Source: a virus
Lineage: Duplodnaviria; Caudoviricetes
Length of the DNA stretch: 50,210 bases
Direction: 5' to 3' (one strand)
IMG/VR virus record: IMGVR_UViG_3300045240_000072
Span: 1-50,210 of that record
Shown here one piece after another: positions 27,127 through 36,130 of the stretch. Position 1 is the first letter of the stretch, and the number at the start of each line of letters is the position of its first letter. The notes beneath the pieces are model-generated. The model saw only the letters and a list, made by a program, of their open reading frames with translations, ran no database searches and had not been told where the DNA came from. Position numbers and translations under genes: made by a program.

Positions 27127-27147
27127 TAACGCCGCGAGGCGCTGGAG
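27127..27147 (+). promoter_or_regulatory. Conserved hairpin-plus-RBS leader motif, copy 3
   Basis: TAACGCCGCGAGGCGCTGGAG (loop variant GCGA), 6 nt before the ATG. Confidence 0.7.
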
Positions 27148-27153
27148 TGAAAC

Positions 27154-27528
27154 ATGCCACAGAACCCCTTGCAGGCGACCGTCGCCGTCAACACCTCGGG
27201 CCAGCAAGCCCCCCTCCAGATTACGACCCTTGGTGAGGCGAAAGTCGTCAGTGCGCCAGCTTTGAGCGTGCTCGCTTTGACCGCCGCGCAAGTCGTGAAA
27301 ACCGGCGCCGGCCGAGTTGGCACGGCGAATGTGGTCGTAGCGGGTAGCGCAGCCGGCGGCCTGTACGATTGCCTGACCACAGCGCAGATCAACGTCACCA
27401 ACCAGATTTGCGTGTTGCCGACTTTGTCGACCAACGCAATCGGCGTGCTCAAGCTGGAAATGCCTTTCCAGACAGGCTTGGTGGCCCAGCCCGGTACCGG
27501 CCAAACAATCTCGCTCAGCTACGAATAA
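27154..27528 (+). CDS. Small beta-rich putative virion protein (paralog of 15582..15911)
   Basis: VVKTGAGRVG...YD, MPFQTGLV..PGTGQ. Confidence 0.75.
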   Translation: MPQNPLQATVAVNTSGQQAPLQITTLGEAKVVSAPALSVLALTAAQVVKTGAGRVGTANVVVAGSAAGGLYDCLTTAQINVTNQICVLPTLSTNAIGVLKLEMPFQTGLVAQPGTGQTISLSYE

Positions 27529-27537
27529 GGCTTCGCC

Positions 27538-28923
27538 ATGTCGATCGTAACCGTAAATGTTACACAGAACGTCGGGAGCGCGCCAAGCCAGCTGCAACGC
27601 ACGGGTGCGCTGATATCGACCGGCGGGACGACTCTCGCCGCGAACGCCAGTTCGTTGCTCACTCAAGCATCGGATCTTACGCCGTTATTGGCGGGTGCCG
27701 TCTCGATTACGGCGGGGTCGACAACCTGGTCGGGCGGTACGGTAACGATGACGACGGCCACGCCGCACGGTTTCACGACCGGCGATAGCGTAACAGTCGC
27801 GGGTTTTGTCGGCGCCGGCTATGTAGGCTATAACGGCACATACGTAATTACCGTGACGGGCGCGAGCACTTTCACGTACGCGCAAGCGTCGACTCTCACC
27901 ACACCGGCCAGCGGCACCGCCGTGGTCACGGATGCGGATGTTGCGCAATTGGTCGCGATGGCAACCACGTTTTTCGCGCAGGGTTCGAATGTTGCCGTGT
28001 ACGTGCTCGAACTGGGCCATGGAACGATTACGGCCGCAGTCGCAGCCCTTGCGGCTTACTTGACGGCGAACCCGCTCAAGTATTACCGGTACCTGGTACC
28101 GCGCGGGTTTGACGCGGACTCGACTTTCGTTACCCTGGTCGGCTTGTACAACTCGACAAGCGCGAAAGTGTATTTCCATGTCACGGCCACATTATCGAGT
28201 TATTCAAGTTTCACCGTCGCGAACGGCAAATCTGTCTTGATGACGATTGAAGCGGCGGGTATTCCGGCGACGGAGTTCACTTCGGCCGCGTTGATGTGGG
28301 TCGCGCTGAACTACAACCCGTCCAGCACGAACCAGGTCACGCCTTACTGCTTCTCGTTCCTGGCGAATGGGTCGTGCACACCGTACCCCGTTACGCCGAC
28401 GCAAGCAACGACGTTCAAGACGGCAAATTTGAACTACGTCACGACCGGCGCCGAGGGCGGGATCAGCAATTTGATTCTGGTCAACGGCACGCAAGCCGAC
28501 GGCAACCCCTTGAACTACTGGTACTCGGTCGACTGGTTCCAGATCAACGGCGCGCAAACGCTGGCCGCCGCTGTCATCAACGGCAGCAACAATCCGTTGG
28601 CCCCGCTATATTACGACCAGCCGGGCATCAATTCGCTTGAAACGAAAATGAACGGTGTGGCCGCTTCTGGCGTGTCGTACGGTTTGGCCGTTGGCCCCGT
28701 GACCAGTTACCAACTTACCGCAGCGCAATTTACCGCGCTGCTCGGCAGCGGTAATGCGCCGCTGGGCGTGCTGATCAATGCCGTCCCATTCGTCTCGTAT
28801 GTGGCGCTGAATCCGAATGATTACCCGATCGGGAAGTATACCGGAATCTCGATTTCGTACACCCCGGCGCGCGGCTTTCAATCGATCACGTTCAATATCT
28901 CAGTATCGAACTTCATCCCGTAA
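27538..28923 (+). CDS. Contractile tail sheath protein (DUF3383-like)
   Basis: FFAQG, NY...GAEGG, YWYSVDW.QIN, NPL.PLYYDQ.GI; 461 aa ahead of the tube gene. Confidence 0.88.
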   Translation: MSIVTVNVTQNVGSAPSQLQRTGALISTGGTTLAANASSLLTQASDLTPLLAGAVSITAGSTTWSGGTVTMTTATPHGFTTGDSVTVAGFVGAGYVGYNGTYVITVTGASTFTYAQASTLTTPASGTAVVTDADVAQLVAMATTFFAQGSNVAVYVLELGHGTITAAVAALAAYLTANPLKYYRYLVPRGFDADSTFVTLVGLYNSTSAKVYFHVTATLSSYSSFTVANGKSVLMTIEAAGIPATEFTSAALMWVALNYNPSSTNQVTPYCFSFLANGSCTPYPVTPTQATTFKTANLNYVTTGAEGGISNLILVNGTQADGNPLNYWYSVDWFQINGAQTLAAAVINGSNNPLAPLYYDQPGINSLETKMNGVAASGVSYGLAVGPVTSYQLTAAQFTALLGSGNAPLGVLINAVPFVSYVALNPNDYPIGKYTGISISYTPARGFQSITFNISVSNFIP

Positions 28924-28935
28924 GGACACTAGGCC

Positions 28936-29397
28936 ATGGCATCCAATCCGATGATCCCGCAAGGGACACTAAACCGGCTTCGTGCAAGCGTGAACTACGC
29001 CGGCAATGGGCCGGCCGGCGACGTATCGGCCTTGAACGTTACAGCGTCGTACCTCGGCAAAGCGGGTATCAAAACCAGTTTGGAGGGCGTGGCCACGGAT
29101 ATTCTACCGACGATGGTCGGGACGGTAACCAGCCCAGCGCCGTATATGATGGCGTCCTGCGTGGTCAATATCTTGAAGACGCAGAACCTGGCCGCCGTGT
29201 ATAAGGCACAAATGGAGAACAATTCGGTGATCGGTGATTTTACCGTGATCTCCGACGCTTCCACTTTGCCGAATTATACGATCCGCAACGCGGCGATCGA
29301 ATCGGTTGAGCCGATGTCATTCAATGGTGAAGACGCCGGCTTTGCGATTACGCTCAAAGGCTACTATCAAGTTAACAATGCCTTGTGGAATATCTGA
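28936..29397 (+). CDS. Tail tube protein
   Basis: 153 aa after the sheath; NP..PQG.LNRLR, GTV.SP.PY. Confidence 0.8.
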   Translation: MASNPMIPQGTLNRLRASVNYAGNGPAGDVSALNVTASYLGKAGIKTSLEGVATDILPTMVGTVTSPAPYMMASCVVNILKTQNLAAVYKAQMENNSVIGDFTVISDASTLPNYTIRNAAIESVEPMSFNGEDAGFAITLKGYYQVNNALWNI

Positions 29398-29429
29398 TAT
29401 AATAGCCCTGCTATAACCTGGGGGCTACT

Positions 29430-29972
29430 ATGAAACTCGACAAAAATCTGAATATCGTTCAACCGATTGAAACTGATACGGGAACGGTCTATGTTCACTC
29501 CTCGCCCATTCGGCGCGAGACGTTCAAAGAATTCTTTCTGCCGTTGTCCAAGACGCTAAACGCGATCTATGCCGAAGGTTTGCGCACGATCACCGGCCCG
29601 CGCATTGCGGGCTTGATGCTTCGTGAAATCGGCGGCGAGGGGATCACGCCGTTGCTTAACGAAATTTACCGATTGACCAACGTATCGGCGCTGACGCCCG
29701 ATGGATGGCAATCGGTCGGTTTGGCCGATGCTGTCGCGCAAAAATACCTGACGGAAGACGAGGTCGAGGAGGCCGAGGGATTCATTGTTTTTTTTACGTG
29801 CGTCTGGCACGTCCATCGCAAGGCCGAGATATCGACCATGCTGCAGCCGCTGCAGGCTGTTTGGGATGTGGAGACTACCTTATTGAGTGCTACGGAATAT
29901 CGCGCCTCGTTGCCGACATCGACCGAGACCGAGACTTTAGTGCCTCTCCCTCCGTCCTCCATACCCATGTAG
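29430..29972 (+). CDS. Tail assembly chaperone (a -1 frameshift extension to 30097 is likely)
   Basis: Lies between tube and tape measure; the -1 frame is open to 30097. Confidence 0.7.
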   Translation: MKLDKNLNIVQPIETDTGTVYVHSSPIRRETFKEFFLPLSKTLNAIYAEGLRTITGPRIAGLMLREIGGEGITPLLNEIYRLTNVSALTPDGWQSVGLADAVAQKYLTEDEVEEAEGFIVFFTCVWHVHRKAEISTMLQPLQAVWDVETTLLSATEYRASLPTSTETETLVPLPPSSIPM

Positions 29973-30093
29973 ATTTTCTTGTCAACGAGGGATTCGCGGT
30001 TTTCTTTCAGTCGTTGTATGATGAATGGCCGTGGCGAACAGCACACGAGTTCCGACAGCGGCATTTGATCCGCGCGATTGAAAGGCTTGGATT

Positions 30094-32112
30094 GTGACTA
30101 CCCGCTCAATCATCGATATTGAAGTACGCGACCAGGCGTTCAAGGATTTCGCGCAACTATTCGCCAAGTACCAGAAGCAAGTCGAGAACGTTCCGAAGGG
30201 GTGGGACAAGGTCGGCGCGGCCATCAAAGCCGCAAATACCCCTTTCGATAAAGTCGCGGCCGGCGTCAAGAGTACCGTTGATCTTCTCAAGAACGCACAT
30301 ACCGCACAAGAAAAATTCCGTCTATCCGCGCAGCTTACCGGCAAAGCGTTCGGCTCGATGGCCACGGGGGCGGGGAAGCTTGCCAAGAATATCAAAGCCG
30401 TAACTCTGGACCTGTTGAAATGGGGCACGCTCACGGGCGTGTTTTCCGGCTTGCTCGGGGCGGGTAGCCTATTCGGAATGGACCGCCTCGCCCGTGCGGC
30501 AAGTACATCGCGTCGGGAAGCGCAAGGCCTGGGTATCTCGCCGGGCGAGCACGAAGCGGCTAAGGTCAATTACCAGAAACTTGTTGACGTCGATTCAATG
30601 CTATCGAAAATCAACGAGGCCAAGCTCGATGTGACCAAGCGTTCCGCATTCTCGGCGGCCGGGTTGCAGCCCGATGAATGGGAAAATAAAAACGCGGCGG
30701 ACATTCTTAAGACATTGATTCCGCAAATGAAAAAGCGATTCGACGAAGTCGGCGGGACGCAACAGGGTGCGCAAGCGGCGGGCCTGACACAATTTACCGA
30801 CATGGATACGTTGTTGCGCTTGAAAGCCGTCACGCGCGAGGAAATCGACGCGACTGGGCAACGGTACGAAGCGGATAAAAAGTTACTGGCTGTGTCGGAC
30901 GAAATACAGCGCAAGTGGCAAGACCTCGGCATTCAGCTACAGCGGTCCGGTTCGCAGATCGAAAATTCGTTCATTAAAGGGCTGGCCCCGCTCGCGCCAC
31001 ATATTGAGCGGTTGTCCGCAGCCGTGGCCAGCGCGGTTGATGTATTCCTTGCGAGCCCGAAAATAGGCGAATGGATCGAAGAAGTCGGCGCGGGGTTGGA
31101 AAAATTTGCCAAATACCTGACGTCGGACGATCTCGGCCACGACATAAAAGGGTTTCTTGACGCGGTCGACGTGTTCGCCGGCTCGTTGTGGGGCGTGGCC
31201 AAGACGATCGGCAAAGTGTTCAACTTCGGTAACGAGCAAGGGCTCCGCGCCAGTCAGTACCGCCAGCTCGAACAGATCGACAAAGTTGACCACAACCTCG
31301 CCAAGACATTGGAGCGGGTGCTAAAAAATCCCTCGGCGGCCAATAAATTCTCCGCAATGTCGTTGTCGACCCCCTCGGCCGACTTGGCGCAAGCAATGAA
31401 AGATGCGACGCCTGAAATGCGCGCGCTGGCGCAACAATTGCAGAATTCGACGAAACCGGGCGAAGCCGCAACGCATCAAGACGAAAAGGGAGGGTCGACG
31501 GATTTTGAAAAGGCGTTGCAGAATCTTCAACAACGTACGCCCGCGCTCGGCAACAAACCCGCGCCGACCCCGACCGCTGGTGACAAATTCAGCGCACTCG
31601 AGAAACAGTACAATTTACCGCGCGGTTTGCTCGCCAGCGTGGAAAAACAAGAATCCGGGGGCAACCCGAACGCTCGGAGCCCGGTCGGCGCGGAAGGGGC
31701 ATTTCAGTTTATGCCGGCCGCATGGAAACGGTACGGTGCCGGCGGCGACATTCATAACGAAATGGATTCGGCCCAAGCCGCGGCAAAGTATTATCATGAC
31801 CTGCTTGACAAGTTTCAGGGCGACCTACCGAAAGCACTTGCCGGGTACAACTGGGGCGAGGGCAACGTCGACCGCAAAGGGTTGAACGCGGCGCCCGAAG
31901 AAACGCGCAATTATGTCGCCTCAATCGTGGCCGACATGAACCGTCGAAACGCAGCGCCGCAAGCCGGATCGACCAGCGCGTCGTATGGCTCTACGCCCGC
32001 GCCAATGCCGCAACGTCAGCAAGCCCCTGCGCCGATTCAGGTCAACATCACGAAAGCGGCCGGTGCCGATGTCAATGTGCAGGTCAACGCGCTATCCGGT
32101 GTGCCAGGATAG
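30094..32112 (+). CDS. Tape measure protein with C-terminal lytic transglycosylase (SLT) domain
   Basis: Helical Ala-rich body; QESGGNPNARSPVGAEGAFQFMP, ALAGYNWGEGNV, PEETRNYV. Confidence 0.92.
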   Translation: MTTRSIIDIEVRDQAFKDFAQLFAKYQKQVENVPKGWDKVGAAIKAANTPFDKVAAGVKSTVDLLKNAHTAQEKFRLSAQLTGKAFGSMATGAGKLAKNIKAVTLDLLKWGTLTGVFSGLLGAGSLFGMDRLARAASTSRREAQGLGISPGEHEAAKVNYQKLVDVDSMLSKINEAKLDVTKRSAFSAAGLQPDEWENKNAADILKTLIPQMKKRFDEVGGTQQGAQAAGLTQFTDMDTLLRLKAVTREEIDATGQRYEADKKLLAVSDEIQRKWQDLGIQLQRSGSQIENSFIKGLAPLAPHIERLSAAVASAVDVFLASPKIGEWIEEVGAGLEKFAKYLTSDDLGHDIKGFLDAVDVFAGSLWGVAKTIGKVFNFGNEQGLRASQYRQLEQIDKVDHNLAKTLERVLKNPSAANKFSAMSLSTPSADLAQAMKDATPEMRALAQQLQNSTKPGEAATHQDEKGGSTDFEKALQNLQQRTPALGNKPAPTPTAGDKFSALEKQYNLPRGLLASVEKQESGGNPNARSPVGAEGAFQFMPAAWKRYGAGGDIHNEMDSAQAAAKYYHDLLDKFQGDLPKALAGYNWGEGNVDRKGLNAAPEETRNYVASIVADMNRRNAAPQAGSTSASYGSTPAPMPQRQQAPAPIQVNITKAAGADVNVQVNALSGVPG

Positions 32113-32115
32113 CCT

Positions 32116-32886
32116 ATGAGCGCCGGCCGCCTAGCTTTTCAACTCGGGTTCCAAGTTTCCCCGATCCTGTTCACCGGGGGGATCGCCGGGAACATACCAG
32201 GCAGTACTTTACCGATCCTGGCGCTGACGCAGGCGGCGAGTTTCGTATCGGGTTTGCTCCAAGGCAATGTGGACGTCAACCCCGACAATTATTTTGCCCA
32301 ATTTGTGCCATTGCCCGGCGCTACGTTGTCGAGTAACCAGATCGGGATGTACCCATTCGCCAACCAGGCGACGGCGGCAAATGCGATCATTGCGCAACCG
32401 CTGAACGTCTCGCTCAAGATGATTTGTCCGTCGCGCAAGCCGGGCGACTTTATCGTTCGCCTGGCGACAATCACCGCCCTGAAAAAGGCGATCGATAATC
32501 ACACGGCACAGGGCGGTACATTCACCGTTGCAACGCCATCGTATCTCTATACGAATTGCATTTTGACCAACTTGCGCGACATCACGCCCGCGGACAATCC
32601 GAGCAAGCAGGCACAGATTGAGTGGCAATGGGATTTCATCCAACCGTTGATTTCGCAAGCCGATGCGAATATGGCGAATAATTCACTGATGAGCAAACTA
32701 TCCGGCGGTCTACCGATCAGCGGCACGCCGACCTGGTCGGGCCTCGGTTCCGCCATCGGCTCGACCGTATCGAACGCCGTATCGTCTGTGATACCATCGG
32801 CAAGTGGCCTTATCGGGTCATCGGCGGGCGGTAGCGCGATCAGTCAGGGCGTTGACTTTATTTCAGGTGGAGCGAACATAGCATGA
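32116..32886 (+). CDS. Baseplate/tail tube initiator-like protein
   Basis: Follows the tape measure; YPFANQ..AANA, H...GG.F.VATP, QWDF.QPL. Confidence 0.7.
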   Translation: MSAGRLAFQLGFQVSPILFTGGIAGNIPGSTLPILALTQAASFVSGLLQGNVDVNPDNYFAQFVPLPGATLSSNQIGMYPFANQATAANAIIAQPLNVSLKMICPSRKPGDFIVRLATITALKKAIDNHTAQGGTFTVATPSYLYTNCILTNLRDITPADNPSKQAQIEWQWDFIQPLISQADANMANNSLMSKLSGGLPISGTPTWSGLGSAIGSTVSNAVSSVIPSASGLIGSSAGGSAISQGVDFISGGANIA

Positions 32887-35270
32887 AAAAGAATTTCGGA
32901 TGGATCGTGACTTGGGCGTTGCTCACTTGGGTATTCACGTGGGGCGCGCTCGTGGCGCATGCCGGCAACTCAACAATCAACACGACCGTACCAGCGGCGA
33001 ATTCCGCGCTACAGTCCGCGCCGATCCGGGCGAATTTCCTGGCCGCCGCGACCGACATCAACGGCCTGATCGGGATGAACAACAGTGCCACGGCGCCCGC
33101 CTCGCCCGTTCTCGGCCAGTTGTGGCTAAACACGACCGCCACGCCGTATGTGCTGAACGTGTGGGATGGCGCGGCTTGGGACGCCGTCGGCACACTCAAC
33201 AGCTCGGCGCACCGGTGGCTTGTGCCGATCCCACAAGGCGGTACGGGCCTTACCTCGCCGGGTGCCGTGGGCAATGTGCTCACCTCGACGGGTACCGCAT
33301 GGGCCAGCACAGCGCCGACGAATATCGGCACGGTGACGAGTGTCGGCCTGATCCTGCCGACGGCGTTGTTCAACACAACCGGTTCGCCGATCACGACGTC
33401 GGGCACGTTCGCTGCCTCGCTAAACAGCCAATCGACTGGCACGTTTTTTGCGGGTCCGGCAACCGGAGGTAGCGCGGTTCCGACGTTTCGGGGGATTGCC
33501 GTATCGGATGTGCCGACGCTGAACCAGAATACGACCGGCACGGCGGCGAACGTTACCGGCGTGGTGGGCGTGGCAAATGGCGGGACGGCCCTTACATCAC
33601 CAGGGGCGAGCGGCAATGTGCTCACGTCGAATGGCACTGGCTGGGTCAGCTCGACGCCGACGGCCGGCAGCGTATCGAGCGTGGGGTTGTCGCTTCCACT
33701 GTCGCTTTTCAGCGTGTCGGGTTCTCCGGTCACGACGTCGGGAACATTGACCGGAACGTTGAATACCGAGCCGGCCAATTACGTGTGGGCCGGACCGACG
33801 ACGGGGAGCGCGGCGCAACCTGCTTTCCGGGGCTTGGTGCTCGGCGATCTTCCCTCGATCGCTTGCGGCAATCTATCGAATGCCACGACGGCATGCTCGA
33901 CGGCAATCGGGACGAGCGGGGCGGTACTACCCTTGATCAACGGTAACAACCAATGGGGCGGCTTTCAAATATTTGGCAACAACGTACTGGAATTGCTAGG
34001 GTCTTCGACAGGTGTTACTTCCTTCGCCAGCGCGAACGCATCGGCCACGAATTACACGATCACATTTCCGGCCGCCACAGGCACCGTGGCCACGACGGCG
34101 AACATCAACACTGCATTGCCCTCGACTTCGGCGCTATACAAAGGCACTGGCGGCGCAGGCGTGGCGCAAGCGGCGACGAGCGGGACGGATTACGCGCCGG
34201 CCACAAGCGGTTCGGCAATCCTGAAAGGGAACGGCGCGGGTGGGTTTTCAAGTGCCGTATCGGCGACGGACTACGCCCCCGCGACAACGGGCAGTTCGGT
34301 GCTCAAGGCCAGTTCGGGCGGATTCGCCAATGCGTTGAATTCCGACTTGCCCGCCATGTCCGCAACAGTCGGCGGGGCCGTCCCGACACCGCCGAACAAT
34401 ACAACGACTTTCCTGCGGGGGGATGCGACGTTCGCTGCCCCGGCTATCTCATGGTCCAGCCTAACCGCGCCGACAGCGAACAATAGCGTGACGGCAACGA
34501 TCAATACGACGCAAACTGTTCTTGACCATTTCGACACCAGCGCGACAGCGAACCAGGCGATCTTGGCCCTGGGCGAAGACGTGGCCAGTACGAAAGCGGC
34601 CGGCGCGGCGAATGCGGCGAATTTGCTCAAGATTTCCACGCTTTCCGGTTCGACCGCGTGGCCTTTCGCCGTGTATCCCCAAGGGGCGCGGACCTTTTAC
34701 CTCACGAATGTGGGGGCTTTGAATTTTGCAGGGCTATCGGATGCCGTCACTGGTGCGGGGGGTTCTGGCGTCAATTTCGCGGGAGGCCCTTCCGCTTCGG
34801 CGAATGCGGCCGGAAATATTACTTGGACAGGCGGCGCCAATTCTTCAAGTGGGCAGGGGGGTAGCGTAGGACTAGCCGGTGGTGCTGCGTCCAGCGGCCC
34901 CGCCGGAAACGTAGTCCTGACTTCGGGCCTGTCCACTTCCGGCGTGAATGGCACGATCAAAATGGTTGGCAACGTGGTGCTCGGCTATACGGCAAATTCG
35001 TCCGCCTCTTACACCGTCACGGCGACCGACTATTGCGTCACAAATAGCTTTGCGGGTACAACGACTTTGACGCTACCCGCTGCGGCTTCCTACACAGGCA
35101 TGATTCTGCATGTCCGCGTCGTCACCGCAAACACCGTAGTTTCCGCAAGTTCCAACATCGTCCCCCTTGCCGGCGGATCGACCGGAACTGCAATACTTGC
35201 CGCAACCGCCGGAAAATGGGCTGATCTGCAATCGGACGGCACGAACTGGCAAATCACCGCTTCAAATTAA
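32883..35270 (+). CDS. Fibre/adhesin-like G/S/T-rich protein with N-terminal signal peptide
   Basis: Repeats GTVTSVGL.LP..F...GSP.TTSGT, GGTG.TS.GA.GNVLTS.GT and TDYAPAT; N-terminus MKK-hydrophobic-AHA. Confidence 0.8.
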   Translation: MKKNFGWIVTWALLTWVFTWGALVAHAGNSTINTTVPAANSALQSAPIRANFLAAATDINGLIGMNNSATAPASPVLGQLWLNTTATPYVLNVWDGAAWDAVGTLNSSAHRWLVPIPQGGTGLTSPGAVGNVLTSTGTAWASTAPTNIGTVTSVGLILPTALFNTTGSPITTSGTFAASLNSQSTGTFFAGPATGGSAVPTFRGIAVSDVPTLNQNTTGTAANVTGVVGVANGGTALTSPGASGNVLTSNGTGWVSSTPTAGSVSSVGLSLPLSLFSVSGSPVTTSGTLTGTLNTEPANYVWAGPTTGSAAQPAFRGLVLGDLPSIACGNLSNATTACSTAIGTSGAVLPLINGNNQWGGFQIFGNNVLELLGSSTGVTSFASANASATNYTITFPAATGTVATTANINTALPSTSALYKGTGGAGVAQAATSGTDYAPATSGSAILKGNGAGGFSSAVSATDYAPATTGSSVLKASSGGFANALNSDLPAMSATVGGAVPTPPNNTTTFLRGDATFAAPAISWSSLTAPTANNSVTATINTTQTVLDHFDTSATANQAILALGEDVASTKAAGAANAANLLKISTLSGSTAWPFAVYPQGARTFYLTNVGALNFAGLSDAVTGAGGSGVNFAGGPSASANAAGNITWTGGANSSSGQGGSVGLAGGAASSGPAGNVVLTSGLSTSGVNGTIKMVGNVVLGYTANSSASYTVTATDYCVTNSFAGTTTLTLPAAASYTGMILHVRVVTANTVVSASSNIVPLAGGSTGTAILAATAGKWADLQSDGTNWQITASN

Positions 35271-35285
35271 ACGAAAGGAATACTC

Positions 35286-35750
35286 ATGCCAAGCGCACAT
35301 TTTCAAGAACAGTACTCCGCCGGTACGGCGATCCCAACCGGAACCGCTTCAGCGTTGAATCCGCGCATGCTGAACATGCAGACCTCGAACGGGATTCCGG
35401 GTGTGGTATTCAATCCGGCTACGGGCATCACGACGATCAACGCGCCGGGCGGGTACGAACTGGTCGCCGAGTCAGCCACTTCCGACTATGAATCCGTCCA
35501 GACGCAAATCGTGGTAGTTGGCGGTGGCGCCGTGGCGATCGGCCTGTCCTCGGCAGACCATGGCGGCGGCCCGACGTCCCAATCGACCAAGACCTCGACC
35601 GCGCGCGGCTCGTTGCGCGTGGACGGTCCGGTGCAAGTTCAGGTCTTGTCGTGGGTCGGCCCAGCGATCACCAGCACATCGCCGACGCTTTGCCCCGTAA
35701 CTGGCGCGGCGGTTGACGTCGGCGCGCATCTCGCCATCCATACCAAGTAA
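35286..35750 (+). CDS. Beta-sandwich protein (fibre-tip/C1q-like?)
   Basis: AAGGAA RBS; TGITTINAPGGYEL pattern; follows the fibre gene. Confidence 0.6.
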   Translation: MPSAHFQEQYSAGTAIPTGTASALNPRMLNMQTSNGIPGVVFNPATGITTINAPGGYELVAESATSDYESVQTQIVVVGGGAVAIGLSSADHGGGPTSQSTKTSTARGSLRVDGPVQVQVLSWVGPAITSTSPTLCPVTGAAVDVGAHLAIHTK

Positions 35751-35752
35751 TC

Positions 35753-36130
35753 GTGGCCACAACGCGCATACCTTCCTGGGATGACAACGTAACCGACTGG
35801 GATCAGCCGAGTACGTTTTGGGATGTATCGCGTCAGATTACCGAACCGTTGCCCGTCAACCCGGCAACGGTTTATGTTCCATTCACTCCATCCGCAAGCA
35901 CCAATTTCCGATTCCAGGCCACGCTAGACGGCACCGTGTACAACGTGATCGTCAATTGGAACCTATTCGGGCAGCGATATTACGTCAACATTTACGACCT
36001 GACTAACGTTCGAGTCTTGACGATTCCGTTGATCGGTTCCCCCAATTTTTTCAATATCTCAATGACTGCCGGGTACTTCACCACGATGCTGTTGTATCGG
36101 CCGGGGAGCGGCAACTTTGAGATTCTATAA
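35753..36130 (+). CDS. Small baseplate protein with Trp/Asp-rich N-terminal extension
   Basis: FQATLDG..Y.V.V.WN.FGQRYY; N-terminal WDDNVTDWDQPSTFWD. Confidence 0.72.
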   Translation: MATTRIPSWDDNVTDWDQPSTFWDVSRQITEPLPVNPATVYVPFTPSASTNFRFQATLDGTVYNVIVNWNLFGQRYYVNIYDLTNVRVLTIPLIGSPNFFNISMTAGYFTTMLLYRPGSGNFEIL

